Source: Octopus vulgaris (Eukaryota). From it: DNA of 64,000 bases. This document shows, one piece after another, positions 51,688 to 64,000 of this stretch. Every line of letters begins with the position of its first letter. Position 1 is the first letter of the stretch. The notes beneath the pieces were generated by a model. It did not search any database, was not told the origin of the DNA, and worked only from the letters and a program-made list of their open reading frames with translations. Location of the stretch: NCBI GenBank assembly GCA_951406725.2, contig OX597824.1, positions 66,712,001 to 66,776,000 of the forward strand. The letters are read 5' to 3'. Made by a program: the position numbers and the translations under genes.

Positions 51688-53167
51688 TTGAAAGCTAAAG
51701 TCATGGGTTTATATGATCACATAGAAAACTTCTAGAAAATTATCTTTGTATTTTTTGTGTAGGAACTAGAACAATGTCTATCACATCTACTATCAAATGT
51801 GAATGGTTGTAATGTATATTAGTAGGCAAGGCAGCGAGCTGGCAGAAACATTAGCATGCCAGGCAAAATGCTTAGCAGTATTTCGTCTGCCTTTATGTTC
51901 TGAGTTCAAATTCCACCAAGGTCGACTTTGCCTTTCATCTTTTCAGGGTCGATAAATTAAGTACCAGTTACGCACTGGGGTCGATGTAATCAACCTAATC
52001 CGTTTGTCTATCCTTGTTTATCCCCTCTGTATTTAGCTCTTTGTGGGAAGTAAAGAAAAAGGCAGTGAGCTGGCAGAAACATTAGCATGCCAGGCGAAAT
52101 TTAGCAGTATTTCGTCGGTCTTTATGTTCTGAGTTCAAATCCCACTGAGGTCGATTTTGCCTTTCATCCTTTTGGGGTCGATAAGTTAAGTACCAGTTGC
52201 ATACTGAGGTTGATCTAATCAACTGGCTCTTCCTCCCAAAATTTCAAGCCTTGTGCCTAGAGTAGAAAAGAATATATGTTAGTAGGTGTGTCGCATAACT
52301 GTGTGAGTGTTCTATTGTTAGCTGTGATAATGAGGAAATGTTAATGAGCTGCAGATTGAAATTCAGACAGTGTTGTTGTAAGATTTAATCTGAGAAGAGA
52401 TCTGCTATAACACTTTCTAATGCATCATGAAACATTTGCTGCAGGGACTTCAGCAAGGTTTGAAACAAAAAGCTTCATATAATATTTAGAATGGGAAGGT
52501 GGCGAGCTGGCGGAAACGTTAGCATGCCGGGCGAAATGCTTAGCAGTATTTCATCTGCCGCTACGTTCTGAGTTCAAATTCCGCCGAGGTCGACTTTGCC
52601 TTTCATCCTTTCGGGGTCAATCAAATAAGTACCAGTTACGCACTGGGGTTGATATAATTGACTTAATCCGTTTGTCTGTCCTTGTTGGTCCCCTCTGTGT
52701 GTAGCCCCTTGTGGGTAGTAAAGAAATATATAATATTTAGAATGGCTCCTATGACTAGAAAAAAAAAACTGGTAGCCATTGTAAAACCAATTGCCAATAG
52801 GGAGTTTTCATTACAAAAATATTTATTGGTCTTTATTCTGGTTCTTTAGGTTCTAAGTTCAAATCTCATTGAAAACAACTTTGCCTTTCATCTCTTCAGG
52901 ATTAATAAAATAGGCATAGGAGTGGCTGTGTGGTAAGTAGGTTGCTTACCAAGCACATGGTTCTGAGTTCAATCCCACTGCATGGCACCTCAGGCAAGTG
53001 TCTTCTACTATAGCCTCAGGCCGACCAAAGCCTTGTGAGTGGATTTGGTAGATGGAAACTGAAAGAAGCCCGTCATATATATGTATATATATATATATAT
53101 ATATATGTATGTTTGTGTGTCTGTGTTTGTCCCCGCCCCCCAACATCGCTTGACAACCGATGCTGAG

Positions 53168-53638
53168 AACTAAAGAGAAGAGTTCGTCAGAAGAATCCAT
53201 GCAATCTTGAAGAGTTGTGGGAGCTCAGCTACAGAGAATGGCATCTCATACCTATGAAGATAGTGAAGGATTTATACACATCCCAAGTGCATTGAAGCAA
53301 TTATTCAAGCTAATGGAAGCCACACAAAATATTAACAATGTACAGTAACTTCCTGAAATGAACATTATGCAATAAATTTTCATTATAGACATTTTTCTGT
53401 TTTAGAACACGGTATCTTGATAGGTTTATGTGAGGTGATTGAAAACTTTTGCACGGCCATTTTTGGTGGTCATCTCACATCTCCTCTACTACAAAATATA
53501 ATGATTAGGTATGGAAATGCCTCCAACAGGGTCACTGTTTCACCTGTAAAAAACTCAATGTGACACATCCACTTATAAGTTGACAGTTAGTAGAAATTTA
53601 CAAATATTTAAAGTGGCCGAAGACTTTTGCATGGTACT
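53168..53638 (+). mobile_element. Tc1 3' relic
   Basis: EELWE..REWHLIP..EAIIQANGSHTKY*; right TIR gtggccgaagacttttgcatggtactg followed by TA. Confidence 0.7.
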
Positions 53639-55079
53639 GTATATGTATATATCTATGCGTATGTGTATTTGTGTCTGTGTTTACTCCCTCCACCGCTACT
53701 TGACAACTAATGTTGGTGAGTTTGCGTCCTTGTAACTTAGCAATTCAGCAAATGAGTCCAATAGAATAAGTACAGGACTTCAAAAAATAAGTACTGGGGT
53801 TGATTTATTTAACTAAAAATTCAAGGTGGTATCTCAGCATGCTATACTCTAATGACTGAAACAAATAAAAGATAAAAGATGAATGATAAAAAGGCTATGA
53901 GGCTAGAATGATTAACAGGTTAGTATTTTAACTAACCATATCAGGCCAGAATGTGGAGGCGCAATGGCCCAGTGGTTAGGGCAGCGGACTTGCAGTTGGA
54001 GGATCACGGTTTCGATTCCTAAACTGGGCGTTGTGTGTGTTTATTGAGCGAAAACACCTAAAAGCTCCATGAGACTCTTGCAGGGGGAAGTGGCGAACCC
54101 TGTTGTACTCTTTTGCCACAACTTTCTCTCACTCTCTCTTCTTGTTTCTTGAATAATGCTGTGATGGACTGGCATCCCATCAAGCTGGGGGGGGGGAACA
54201 CATACACCACAGAAACTGGGAAACCAGGCCCATGAGCCTGGCTAGGCTTGAAAAGGGTGAAATAAAGATATCAGCCCAAAATAGTCAACCTATTTTATCT
54301 TCAAATCAGCCAGAGCTGGCCTCTCACACCTACCCTATGATGTACAATTAATTTAAAGCAATGCCAGTAAATAAGCATTACATTTGACGGAGTAATCTGA
54401 ATGCTAAATGGTTAGATATGCAGCATGAACAATTTGGCAAAACCACTTGAAGAGCACCATTGACAACTGACCAAGGTCTTTTGTCTTTTCTTTTTTTATT
54501 CTGTTTCAACTCAGTTAAGATAGCCATAAAAGAATCTTGGATTTTTGGCAACCAAACAAAATTCTTTTCCTTCACACACACAACACACACACACACACAC
54601 ACATGTGAGCACATATGGGAACATACAACTTTTCTTCTGTGAGCATTTACATTTTTTTGTTGTTGCTGTGAACACACACACATGCAGACTTTAAGATTGA
54701 ATAAGAATCACTTCTTTCATTGTTTCAGATATTCAAACTGCATATTTTATTATTATTTTTAGCATATTTTAATAAAGAAAAGATAATGTTTAGCATATTT
54801 TATTATTTTCATTGCTGAATTATTGATTGTAAAAATTTGTTCTAGGAGTTGATGCACTTCAGTTTCATTTGCCAGTGAATAAACCAACTGTAATTCATAT
54901 TTAATAAGCACAAGTATGAGCTGTGTGATTAAGGAACTTGCTGTCTTAGGTTTAGTCCCTCTGTATGAGACATCTTGGGCAAGTGTCTCCTACTATAGCA
55001 TCAGGGCTGTCCAAAGCCTTGTAAATGAATTCGGTTGATGGAAAACTGAAAGAAGCCTGTCATTTATATAATGTTAATA

Positions 55080-55872
55080 TCTGGTCATAAAGTGAGCTAT
55101 GGTTTCACATCCACAAAGGCTGTAGCCTTGTGGATGACTCATTAGACCCTAGTCCGAAGACAAATTCAAATCTTCACCTCTTGGAGGTAGACATTTGTTA
55201 TGGTCATTGGTCATTTGGTCATCGAAGAATAGTCTGGTGTTAGTGAGGAAGGGTTATCTCCCCTAGATAAGCTATTTGTGGACCAGGAGTGTGGGACAAG
55301 GGATTTATCCCTTGGGCTGCTTCTGGATCATAAAGACTCTTCTGGGCTTAGTCAGAGAACAGTGAATCCCATGCTTGCAGCAAGTAGTGCTTGAAATGGA
55401 TGAATGATGTGAAGATTTCTTGGTAAATATTCAGTGACCCAGGTTTCGGGGGAGTTTTTGAGTATCCTAGCTTGCTCAGCTATGTAAAGCTTGCAGCATA
55501 CATTCCTGCTGATATAGGGTCCTGGTCATTCTAGAATCTTCTACTTGATATTGTATGGGGTCCTTTCATCTTTGAGGCACCACACATGGCTGAATGTTAT
55601 GAATCATCTTTCCAGGACCCCGAAAGAGGATCTGTGGTTGTACAGGTGTCACTTGAATGCTGTCCCAGCTGACCTGATATATATCTAGGCTTGGGTGTTG
55701 GTTGCGTTCACATTACTGGTACATCTTTGGTTGGCCCTAGGGCTGGGAATGTTGTTGCCACCAATGTTGTTGGGGCTGTCCCAACAACACTGGTGACAAC
55801 AACAACATCCCCAGGCTCAGAGCCAAGTGATGATGTACCAGTATTGTGAACGCAACCAATACCCAAGCCTGG
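55080..55872 (-). mobile_element. Decayed PLE: GIY-YIG relic, hammerhead at the 3' end, inverted 5' segment
   Basis: MYQ..V..IYI.SAGTAFK..YNHRSSF..SHVWCLK..YNIK.KIL..CKL..AEQ; HHR-like CT(A)ATGA gtcatccac..gtggatgt GAAA at 55095-55150(-); palindrome 55684-55872. Confidence 0.75.
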
Positions 55873-57099
55873 AAAGTGTTGTGAGTGCTGTCAAAGTTGA
55901 CTTTGCCTTTCATCCTTTCGGGTAGATAAATTAAGTACCAGTTGCGTACTAAGGTCGATCTAATCGACTGCCCCCCCCCCCAAAAAAAAAAAATTTGGGT
56001 CTTGTGCCTAGAATAGAAAAGAAGTTCACTCTGTAACCAAAAAGCTTCGGGTTCGAATCAACATCCCTACTCGGATGTTCAACCTTCTAGAAATAGATAG
56101 CATGAAAGTGCTATGTTTACATCCATAAACTTTCTTTGAGGAAGTTGGAATGTCTTTGAATCTTGCGTATTGGCTAAACAACACACCCACCCACTCACTC
56201 TGTATTATGCCTGTGAGCTGATCATATGTTTTTTTTAGAGGCGCACATACACAGACATACATGCGCAAAGAGAGAGAGAGAGAGAGAAAGAGGCAGATTG
56301 GGAAAGAATAGTGATAAGCTCTTTAATGAATTTTTCCTTCGTAAATTTCGTTATCAGTTTCGTTAATAGTAACATTAAATTTTCTTACAACAGTATAGTC
56401 TTAAAATCAGTTAAATATTTTCGGTGTAAATTTATCCACGATCAGTGAGTGGAAGGCATATCTGATAAGTGGCCAACTGATTTGTTTACCCTGATAACAA
56501 CACACTCACACACACTCACACACACACACACATATACGTATATATACATATCAAAGTAAGCGGAGACGAAAGTTTTGGGTTTCGATACAGCTGTTCAGTG
56601 ACTAGCTTTACTCGTATCTAAAGTAAGTACATACGTTTGCTTCGTTTTCTTCTGCTTCTAACTACTTTTGTAAATATTTTATGATAACTGCCTAACAATA
56701 ATAGTCATCATGCAACAGAGGAGTAGCACTCCAACATAAAGACAGCCTGATGGTGTTTAGTTTCGCATTTTACATTTAACGTTTTAATTACTTTGTGGAG
56801 CGCCTTATTTCCTCCAAACCGTTCGCGTGCACACATTTTGTTACCATTACAACAAAAGAAATTAACGTGAGCTCAAAGGTTAGTCGCCTTAAATAATGCA
56901 ATAATCATAACTACTGTTGCATGAAAAAAATACACTACAAAAGATTTTAGCATACTATAACTACTAAAGTTTAGAGGAAACAGGATCTGGTAGGCAGTAT
57001 TATATGTAAATGAAAGCAATTTATCTTCACTTGAGTCTTCGCTAAGTTATTAAAAACGGCCGGGGTAAGATCATCAAAAAGACACGTAAGAGTATAGGC

Positions 57100-57300
57100 C
57101 AGTGGTTTTCAACCAGGGTTCCGCCAGTACAGTCCAGGGGTTCCGCAAGAAGTTACAAAACTGCGAAAATCGGCAGTAATTTTTAATTCTCCTGTGCAGA
57201 TATGTGTGCATAAGACTATTAAATTATTGCACAATGGTTCCTCGACCCAGTGGAATGTTTCCTTGGGGTTCCGCTCCAGCAAAAAGGTTGAAAAGCACTG
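57100..57300. mobile_element. hAT-type MITE
   Basis: TIR CAGTGGTTTTCAACC / GGTTGAAAAGCACTG; 8-bp TSD GTATAGGC. Confidence 0.88.
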
Positions 57301-58823
57301 GTATAGGCCTAATACGTAAACAAAACCAAACGGAGTAGTCGATAACACATCTTCAACTTCATTGAAATAGCGTGAAAACTCTCTCTCTTCACTCGGTCCT
57401 TTTGTTGTTTAGTCCCAGACTAAACAATAATAGTTCGAATCCAACAGAAAAAATAAAATTGATTGTTGAACACTAAAAATTATCCAGATATTTATCTGCA
57501 TCCTCGATTAAAATTAGGTCAAAGTTGAGAAAAATTTCTTGAACTAAAAGTACTTATTACCTCTATTTTGAACTCTCTCAACTTCCACAACAATTATACT
57601 TACCAATTTTTATTCTTGAAGATGAAGCAGCAATGCGAAACAATGATGCAATACTTGCAATCTAATGATTTTAAACAGGTTGGGAGAAAACAAGAAATCA
57701 GAAGTTCCTAATATTGTCCTTCGCCCATACACATACACACACACAATATGTACTCAAATATACATACATAAACAGATTCGTGCATAAACGCAAATAAACA
57801 TATACATATGTACATACATACACAAAGAATAAACAAGCAATTCAGTTTTAAAAGATGTAATAAAAATACACACACATATATATGTAGGTGTGTGAAATCA
57901 ATAACTGTAATAAAAATAATTTGCAGTTTCATCTTGATTAAAATATCAGGTTATTCAGAACAAAATATTTCATTATAGTTCACCAATATTTGGCATCACT
58001 GACTATCACTCAATCCCATTCTGTCATTTTAGTACCCTGTTACTACCACCACCACCAGTATGACTGCACTGTGATACTGACTGCTTATCATTATATGTAA
58101 TACACATACACACAGAGGAATAGTGGCATATGGTACACTTTTAATCATATGTCTGATTGATTAGGGTTTATTGGGTCTGAGAAAGAACAGCCATTAACTT
58201 GTAGGACGATTGTGGTACTTTTAAAGTTATATAGAAAGGCAAGTTTCTGTAGATGCAATAAATTAATAAATTAAGATTCAGTTAATGATGTAGTGCTTTT
58301 TCTCGGAAAGAGTTGCAGATACTAAGAAAATATTGATATTTCTATTGATCTCATTCAGCTGCATTGTAGCATTCACAAAGAAACATTAAAGCAATCGCAG
58401 TTATATCCTTTGTTTGAAGAAGTAATTTAGCAATATTTGTTGTTTGTCTGATTCTTTGTGTGAAACTGTTGAAGCAGGTGTATTGGTGTACTTTAGGCAA
58501 GTCCTACAAAACAAGGCAAAAACACTGGTTAAAGTTTGTTTATTAATTAACCTTTTGTGTTTGAATCATGCTGAAGTCAACCTTAGCTTTCATCTTTCTG
58601 AAGTTGATAATTTATATATATAAAACTGGAGAATGTCTGTCTGTATATGTGCATCACTAAAACTCGAGAACTACCCAACTGATTTCATTCAAGTTTTACA
58701 CATGCATTACTTAGGGTCCATGCAATGTCATGGGCCAAAAAAAATTTCAACTTCTTGCCTAATGTGAGCCTGGAGCAATCTCTTAGACTGTTTCAGTATT
58801 ACATGTCAAAAGTGAAACAATAA

Positions 58824-59385
58824 TATCTTTATTGTAATGTGATATAATAGTTTCACTTTTATACGGTGTCACTTTTAATAGTTTCATTTTTATTAGTTTC
58901 ACTATGTTATCATCAACATCGTTTAATGTCCGCTTTCCATACTAGCATGGGTTGGACGATTTGACTGATGTCTGGCGAACCAGATGGCTGCACCAGCTTT
59001 CAATCTGATCTGGCCAACCCATGCTAGTATGGAAAGCGGACATTAAACGATGTTGATGATGATAACATAGTGAAACTATTATATCACATTACAATAAAGA
59101 TAATGTGCAGGTGGCACATAAAAAGCACTATTTGAGCATGACCACTGCCAGTACCACCTGACTGGCCCTCGTGCCGGTGACATGTAAAAGCACCCACTAC
59201 ACTCTCGGAGTGGTTGGCGTTAGGAAGGGCATCCAGCTGTAGAAACTCTGCCAGATGGATGCCCTTCCTAACGCCAACCACTCCGAGAGTGTAGTGGGTG
59301 CTTTTACATGTCACCGGCACGAGGGCCAGTCAGGTGGTACTGGCAGTGGTCATGCTCAAATAGTGCTTTTTATGTGCCACCTGCA
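58824..59385. repeat. Double hairpin from a rearranged family D SINE and its flank
   Basis: 58824-58975 inverted at 59014-59102; 59105-59234 inverted at 59257-59386. Confidence 0.88.
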
Positions 59386-62029
59386 CAGGAGCCAGTTCAG
59401 TGGCACTGGCAATCTTTCATTAGACTGTGGCCATGCTGGGGCATTGCCTTGGAGAATTTAGTCAAGTAAATTGATCCCAATACTTTTTTAAAGCTTGTTA
59501 CTTATTATAACAGTCTCTTTTGCTGAACTGTTAAGTTACAGGTATGTAAACATACCAACATCAGTTGTCATGTGGTGATGGGAGACAAACACACACACAC
59601 ACATGTCAGGCTTCTTTCAGTTTCCATCTACCAAATCCACATAAGGCTTTGGTCAGCCTAAGGCTATAGTAGAAGACACTTGCCCAAAGTGTCACACGGA
59701 AAAATTATTGTAAAAATCATGGTTATAAGGTTAAATGACATTGATAAATTAATTAATTAATAATAACAATGATTTCAAATTTTGGTGCAAGGCCAATAAT
59801 TTTATTGGGAGGGTGTTAGTTGATTACACTGACCTCAATACTCATATTTTATTGTATCACCCCTCCCTTCATAAGGATGAAGGGCAGAGTTAACCTCATT
59901 GAGATTTGAACTCACATCCAGATCCTCTTCCTGACACTGACCTTTTTGTTGCCTCTTGACAGATTGCTCTCTCCCCATTTCACAAACAACACTTGACTAT
60001 CATACAGTTCATAACCTTTCACAAAAAATATATAATGGCTTCAACAACAGAAGGTTTTGCACTTATGCAATATAACAATTGACATCAGCAAAATACTTGA
60101 CCTCATTTCCTGCTATATAATCTTAAACAGAATGCTTCTTATTTTCTTAAAAAACAAAGGCTGCCTAGCAAATTAGGTTGCCAAGCCTGTATAAAATACA
60201 AGAACAAGGCATTCAGAATCTGAAATTTCCTCAAAGGTGCACCTAAGGATTTGTCATCTCAAACATTTCAAGTTGCCAAGCCTATATATTAACCACCATC
60301 TACTATAGCAACACTATATTGAAGAGGAAGATAGGATGGTCATGGCTGGAATCATTGCGTCTTGATCTCAGATCTGCTTGATCAAAGTTTTGTGAGGCTA
60401 TACAATAATTGTTGAAGTACAGAAATAGGCTGGATGGAGAAAAATGTACATGTCCATATACTGCATGCCATAAAACTGACATGTGAAAACAATGCCAGCT
60501 GCAGCAGACCATTGAAGACCAAGTCCAACATCACATGCTACAGTGGTTTGGCCATGTCTGCAGGATGAGCATGGAAGACTGCCACACCAACTTTTGTTAC
60601 AGCATGACCCATGCACAGGAGAATCCAGTACAGTGCACCAAAGGAGACATGGGCGAAACAAACTGAGGAAGACCTGAAGTTGCAGCACCTCAGCCTCAAG
60701 CATGCTATGGCCCATGACATTGATCAGAAAGCATGGAATAACATCATCATTGGTGCCTGTCATCCAGCATCCCATTTAAGTTGCCAGCTAAGGATTAAAG
60801 AAGAAATGTATGATGAGTGTCTTTCAGTTTCCATCTACTAAATCCACTCACAAGACTTTGGTCGGCCCAGGGCTATACTAGAAGATACTTTCCTTGTGTG
60901 CCACACAGTGGGAATGAACCAACTATAAATTAGTACATTACTGAATCTTCATCCATCTCAAGATAAAACACATGTAAAATGAATGAATGAATAGATGTGC
61001 ATATAATTATCTTTTGTAATTTGCTTATATAAGAATACTTTTAAACATTTATTTTATTTATGTTGCCTGAGTAGCAAAATTGGATGTTATTATTGTTAAT
61101 ATTACAAGGAAAGATTAAGGTGGTAAGATGGCAGAATCATTAGCATATACCAGGCAAAATTGCTTAGTGGCATTTTATCCGTCATTATGTTTTCAGTTCA
61201 AATCTCATTGAGGTCAACTTTGCTTTTCATCCTTTTGGGGTTGATAAAATAAGTACCAGTTGAGCATTGAGGTTGATATAATCAACTGATCCCTTCTCCC
61301 GAAATTGCTGGCCTTGTGCCAAAATTTGAAGCTCTTATTATCAGGAAAGCAGATTGACAGAATTGTTAGAGTATCAAAAAAAAAAAAAATGTTTTGCAGT
61401 ATTCTTTCTTGATCTCTACCTTTTTATTTCCAATCTTGCAGTGGCCAACTTTACATTTTATCCTTTTGAGGTCAATGAAATAGGTACTAATCAAGAACAG
61501 GGTTCATTTTAATTGATTAAAACCCCCTTCCCTAAAAATTGCTGTCCTTGTTCCTATATTACAATCAATTATTGTTACTTTTATGTTTGTATCACAGACA
61601 GATCTCATGATGTTCTTACTAACCAAGGAACAAGTCATAACAGATAATGATAGAGTCCTTTGAAAGTCTTTAATCAGCTCACTTTCTGAGCACCTTTTAT
61701 TTTAAATCCTTGAAATTCTTAATGATGTAGTTTATTTTAATAGTTCTGTTTGCATTTTAATATTGTTATTTTCCTTTGGTATGGAAGGGTAGTCAGTCTT
61801 CCTCTGTCTGGTGGCTATAGTAAAAGAAGTGGGGTGGTGCAGTGATCCACAGTATTTTTTTGCACCACAGACCAGGTTCATGTAAGACAGTTCTTCCACA
61901 GACCAGGGGATCACAGGCATAACAAAAACACAATAAAATGCATAATATATAATTTAATTATTTATGTTCTACTTGTTTCAGTCATTAGACTGCGGCCATG
62001 CTGGGGCACCACCTTGAAGAACTTTTAGT

Positions 62030-62505
62030 ACTTAGATGTCTTGCAAACAACTTGCACATGCAAGTGCTACCAGTCAAAGACTCTGCATACCAGAAGCCAG
62101 GAAGTGTATGGGGTCATCAGGGGAGAATGCACGCCGTTTCGGGGCCTACCTCTCGACGGCATCAATGCGCACTGGTCCCCCTCACTGATATGAGGCCTCG
62201 CTTGCTAGATCAGCTGGTTATCAAATAAAGCTCAATATTCTTCTAGCTCATCGTCTCTTTTTAACCAAATCCAGTGGCTGGCCTTCTCCACAGTAACTTG
62301 GATATCGATTATGATGGTATTGACTTTACAATGAGTTAGGCCTAATGATAACAACAGTTGTCTCACACTGTGTCCAACGAACCCTCTACATCCGACTTTG
62401 ATTGGAAAATGCTCTGCTTTCCAGCCTGCGTCTTTACATTCCTCGAGGAGGTTTACATAACGGTCAAACTTTCGAGCTCGAGCAGCATCCATATTATCTT
62501 CATGT
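62030..62505 (-). mobile_element. Hero/NeSL-like LINE 3' fragment (RLE domain)
   Basis: E.NMDAARARK..RY..L.EEC..AGW....PI.VGCRGFVG.S..LGL..EKASHWIWLKR. Confidence 0.8.
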
Positions 62506-62519
62506 CCTTTAAGCATCTG

Positions 62520-62680
62520 TTTAGTGGTCAGGGTGAATGGTCATCTCTCAGAGCTGAATGGTCATCTCTTATACGCTCAGTCATGCAAGGTTGCCCCCTC
62601 TTGCCTCTCTTGTATTTATTGACTCTCGAGCCACTACTACACAAACTAGAGACGTTGAGAGGCACCCTGCATGACTTATC
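62520..62680 (+). pseudogene. L1/Tx1-type RT fragment
   Basis: RSVMQGCPLLPLLYLLTLEPLL matches the QGCPLSPLL(F/Y) motif. Confidence 0.65.
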
Positions 62681-62709
62681 ATATTGGTCTCTTTATGCTA
62701 GACCTTAAA

Positions 62710-63100
62710 ATAGGTTGTCGGTCATCAATGAGCATCGGCAACCTACCTGATCCGTCATGATATTTAAGTTTTCTTCAATTTTTGCATTTAAAACATCTTC
62801 ATCCAATTTTGAAGGTCTTCCACTGCAACTGTCATATTCCAAGCTAAACTGCAGTATTTTCTCCTTTTAAAAAAAAAGGAAAACATTACAATGCAAATAG
62901 AAAGTTTTTGCTTATCCAATTCAGATGTCAATAAAGGGTAACCAGAATGAAAGCTAAATATATTTTTAGTCAGAAACGAAGAAGAGATGTGCTACCACTT
63001 CAAGAAAAACCAAAGTTTTAACTGTGTTACTTTTCAGGTGTGTTCAATGAAGTGTTAAAAGATTTAGCTTAAAAACGCTCAGAATTTTCCGGACAACCTA
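62710..63100 (-). mobile_element. Mariner 5' relic
   Basis: TIR-like ttaggttgtccggaaaattctg next to (TA)n; decayed ..SLEY..SGRPSKLDED.L.. reading. Confidence 0.5.
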
Positions 63101-63105
63101 ATATA

Positions 63106-63323
<218 letters not shown>

Positions 63324-64000
63324 ATGACAGGCTTCTTTCAATTTCCGTCTACTAAATCCATTCCCAAGGATTTGGTTGGCCTGAGACTGTAGTAGAAGAC
63401 ACTAGCCCAAGGTGCTACTCAGTGGGGCTGAACCTGGAACCATGTAGTTGCGAAGCACGCTTCTTACCACACATCTATGCTTGCACCTATTATATATATT
63501 TATATATATAAATAAATAAAATTGAAAACTCCCCAGCAGGCTGTGATAGTCATTGAAAACTAGTTTGTTACTTTTTATTTATTATTTTGTACATTACTTA
63601 ATTATTGGTATATGTTTTTATCTTATATTTAGTTCTTTTCTATATGGTATAATTTAAATATTGATACCAGTGTCGGTGGGACATAAGTGAACCATCCGAT
63701 CGTGGCCGTTGCCAGCGCCACCCCGACTGGCCTCCGTGCCGGTGGCATGTAAAAAGCACCATCCGATCGTGGCCGTTGTCAGCCTCGCCTGGCCCCCATG
63801 CTGGTGGCACATAAAAAGCACCACCCGACCATGGTCGTTGCCAACGCCGCCCCGACTGGCCTCCGCGCCGGTGGCACGTAAAAAGCACCATCCAATCGGT
63901 TACTCTTTGATCACATTGGAGCATCTCTTATTTAAATTCCTGGGGAAGGTTCACATTCCAACGGTCAGGTGGTCAGTCTGTTGCCAGCATCTCCAAGTGG

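Noticed and set aside
59900-61760. Possible exons of a second host gene
   Set aside because: Only short frames and weak splice sites; no recognisable protein. Part (about 60480-60750) looks like an RTE-type 3' relic.

Overview
AT-rich, microsatellite- and SINE-saturated animal DNA. The SINE families and the gene suggest a mollusc, probably an octopod; this is inferred from recognition, not a search. One host gene can be reconstructed: an apparently intact mitochondrial-clan cytochrome P450 (CYP10-like) with 11 coding exons on the + strand at 5004-20674. All introns are GT-AG with consistent phases (about 537 aa); the start codon needs an unlocated upstream exon. The rest is mobile DNA: several tRNA-derived SINE families, a full-length but disabled Tc1 (DD34E) element, maT/mariner relics, MITEs, a solo LTR, R4/Dong, Hero, RTE and Tx1 LINE fragments, and Penelope-like elements (PLEs) with GIY-YIG domains. 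The most unusual signals are (1) several hammerhead-ribozyme (HHR) motifs, including a TSD-flanked element joining a tRNA-like Pol III head to an HHR in PLE-style inverted architecture (39222-39767); (2) a complete, TSD-flanked 2-kb non-LTR element encoding only ORF1, inserted in a SINE's tRNA head (40055-42039); and (3) many fold-back palindromes plus a duplication-and-inversion across 30.4-44.2 kb. Most ORFs in the supplied track are microsatellite or SINE noise.
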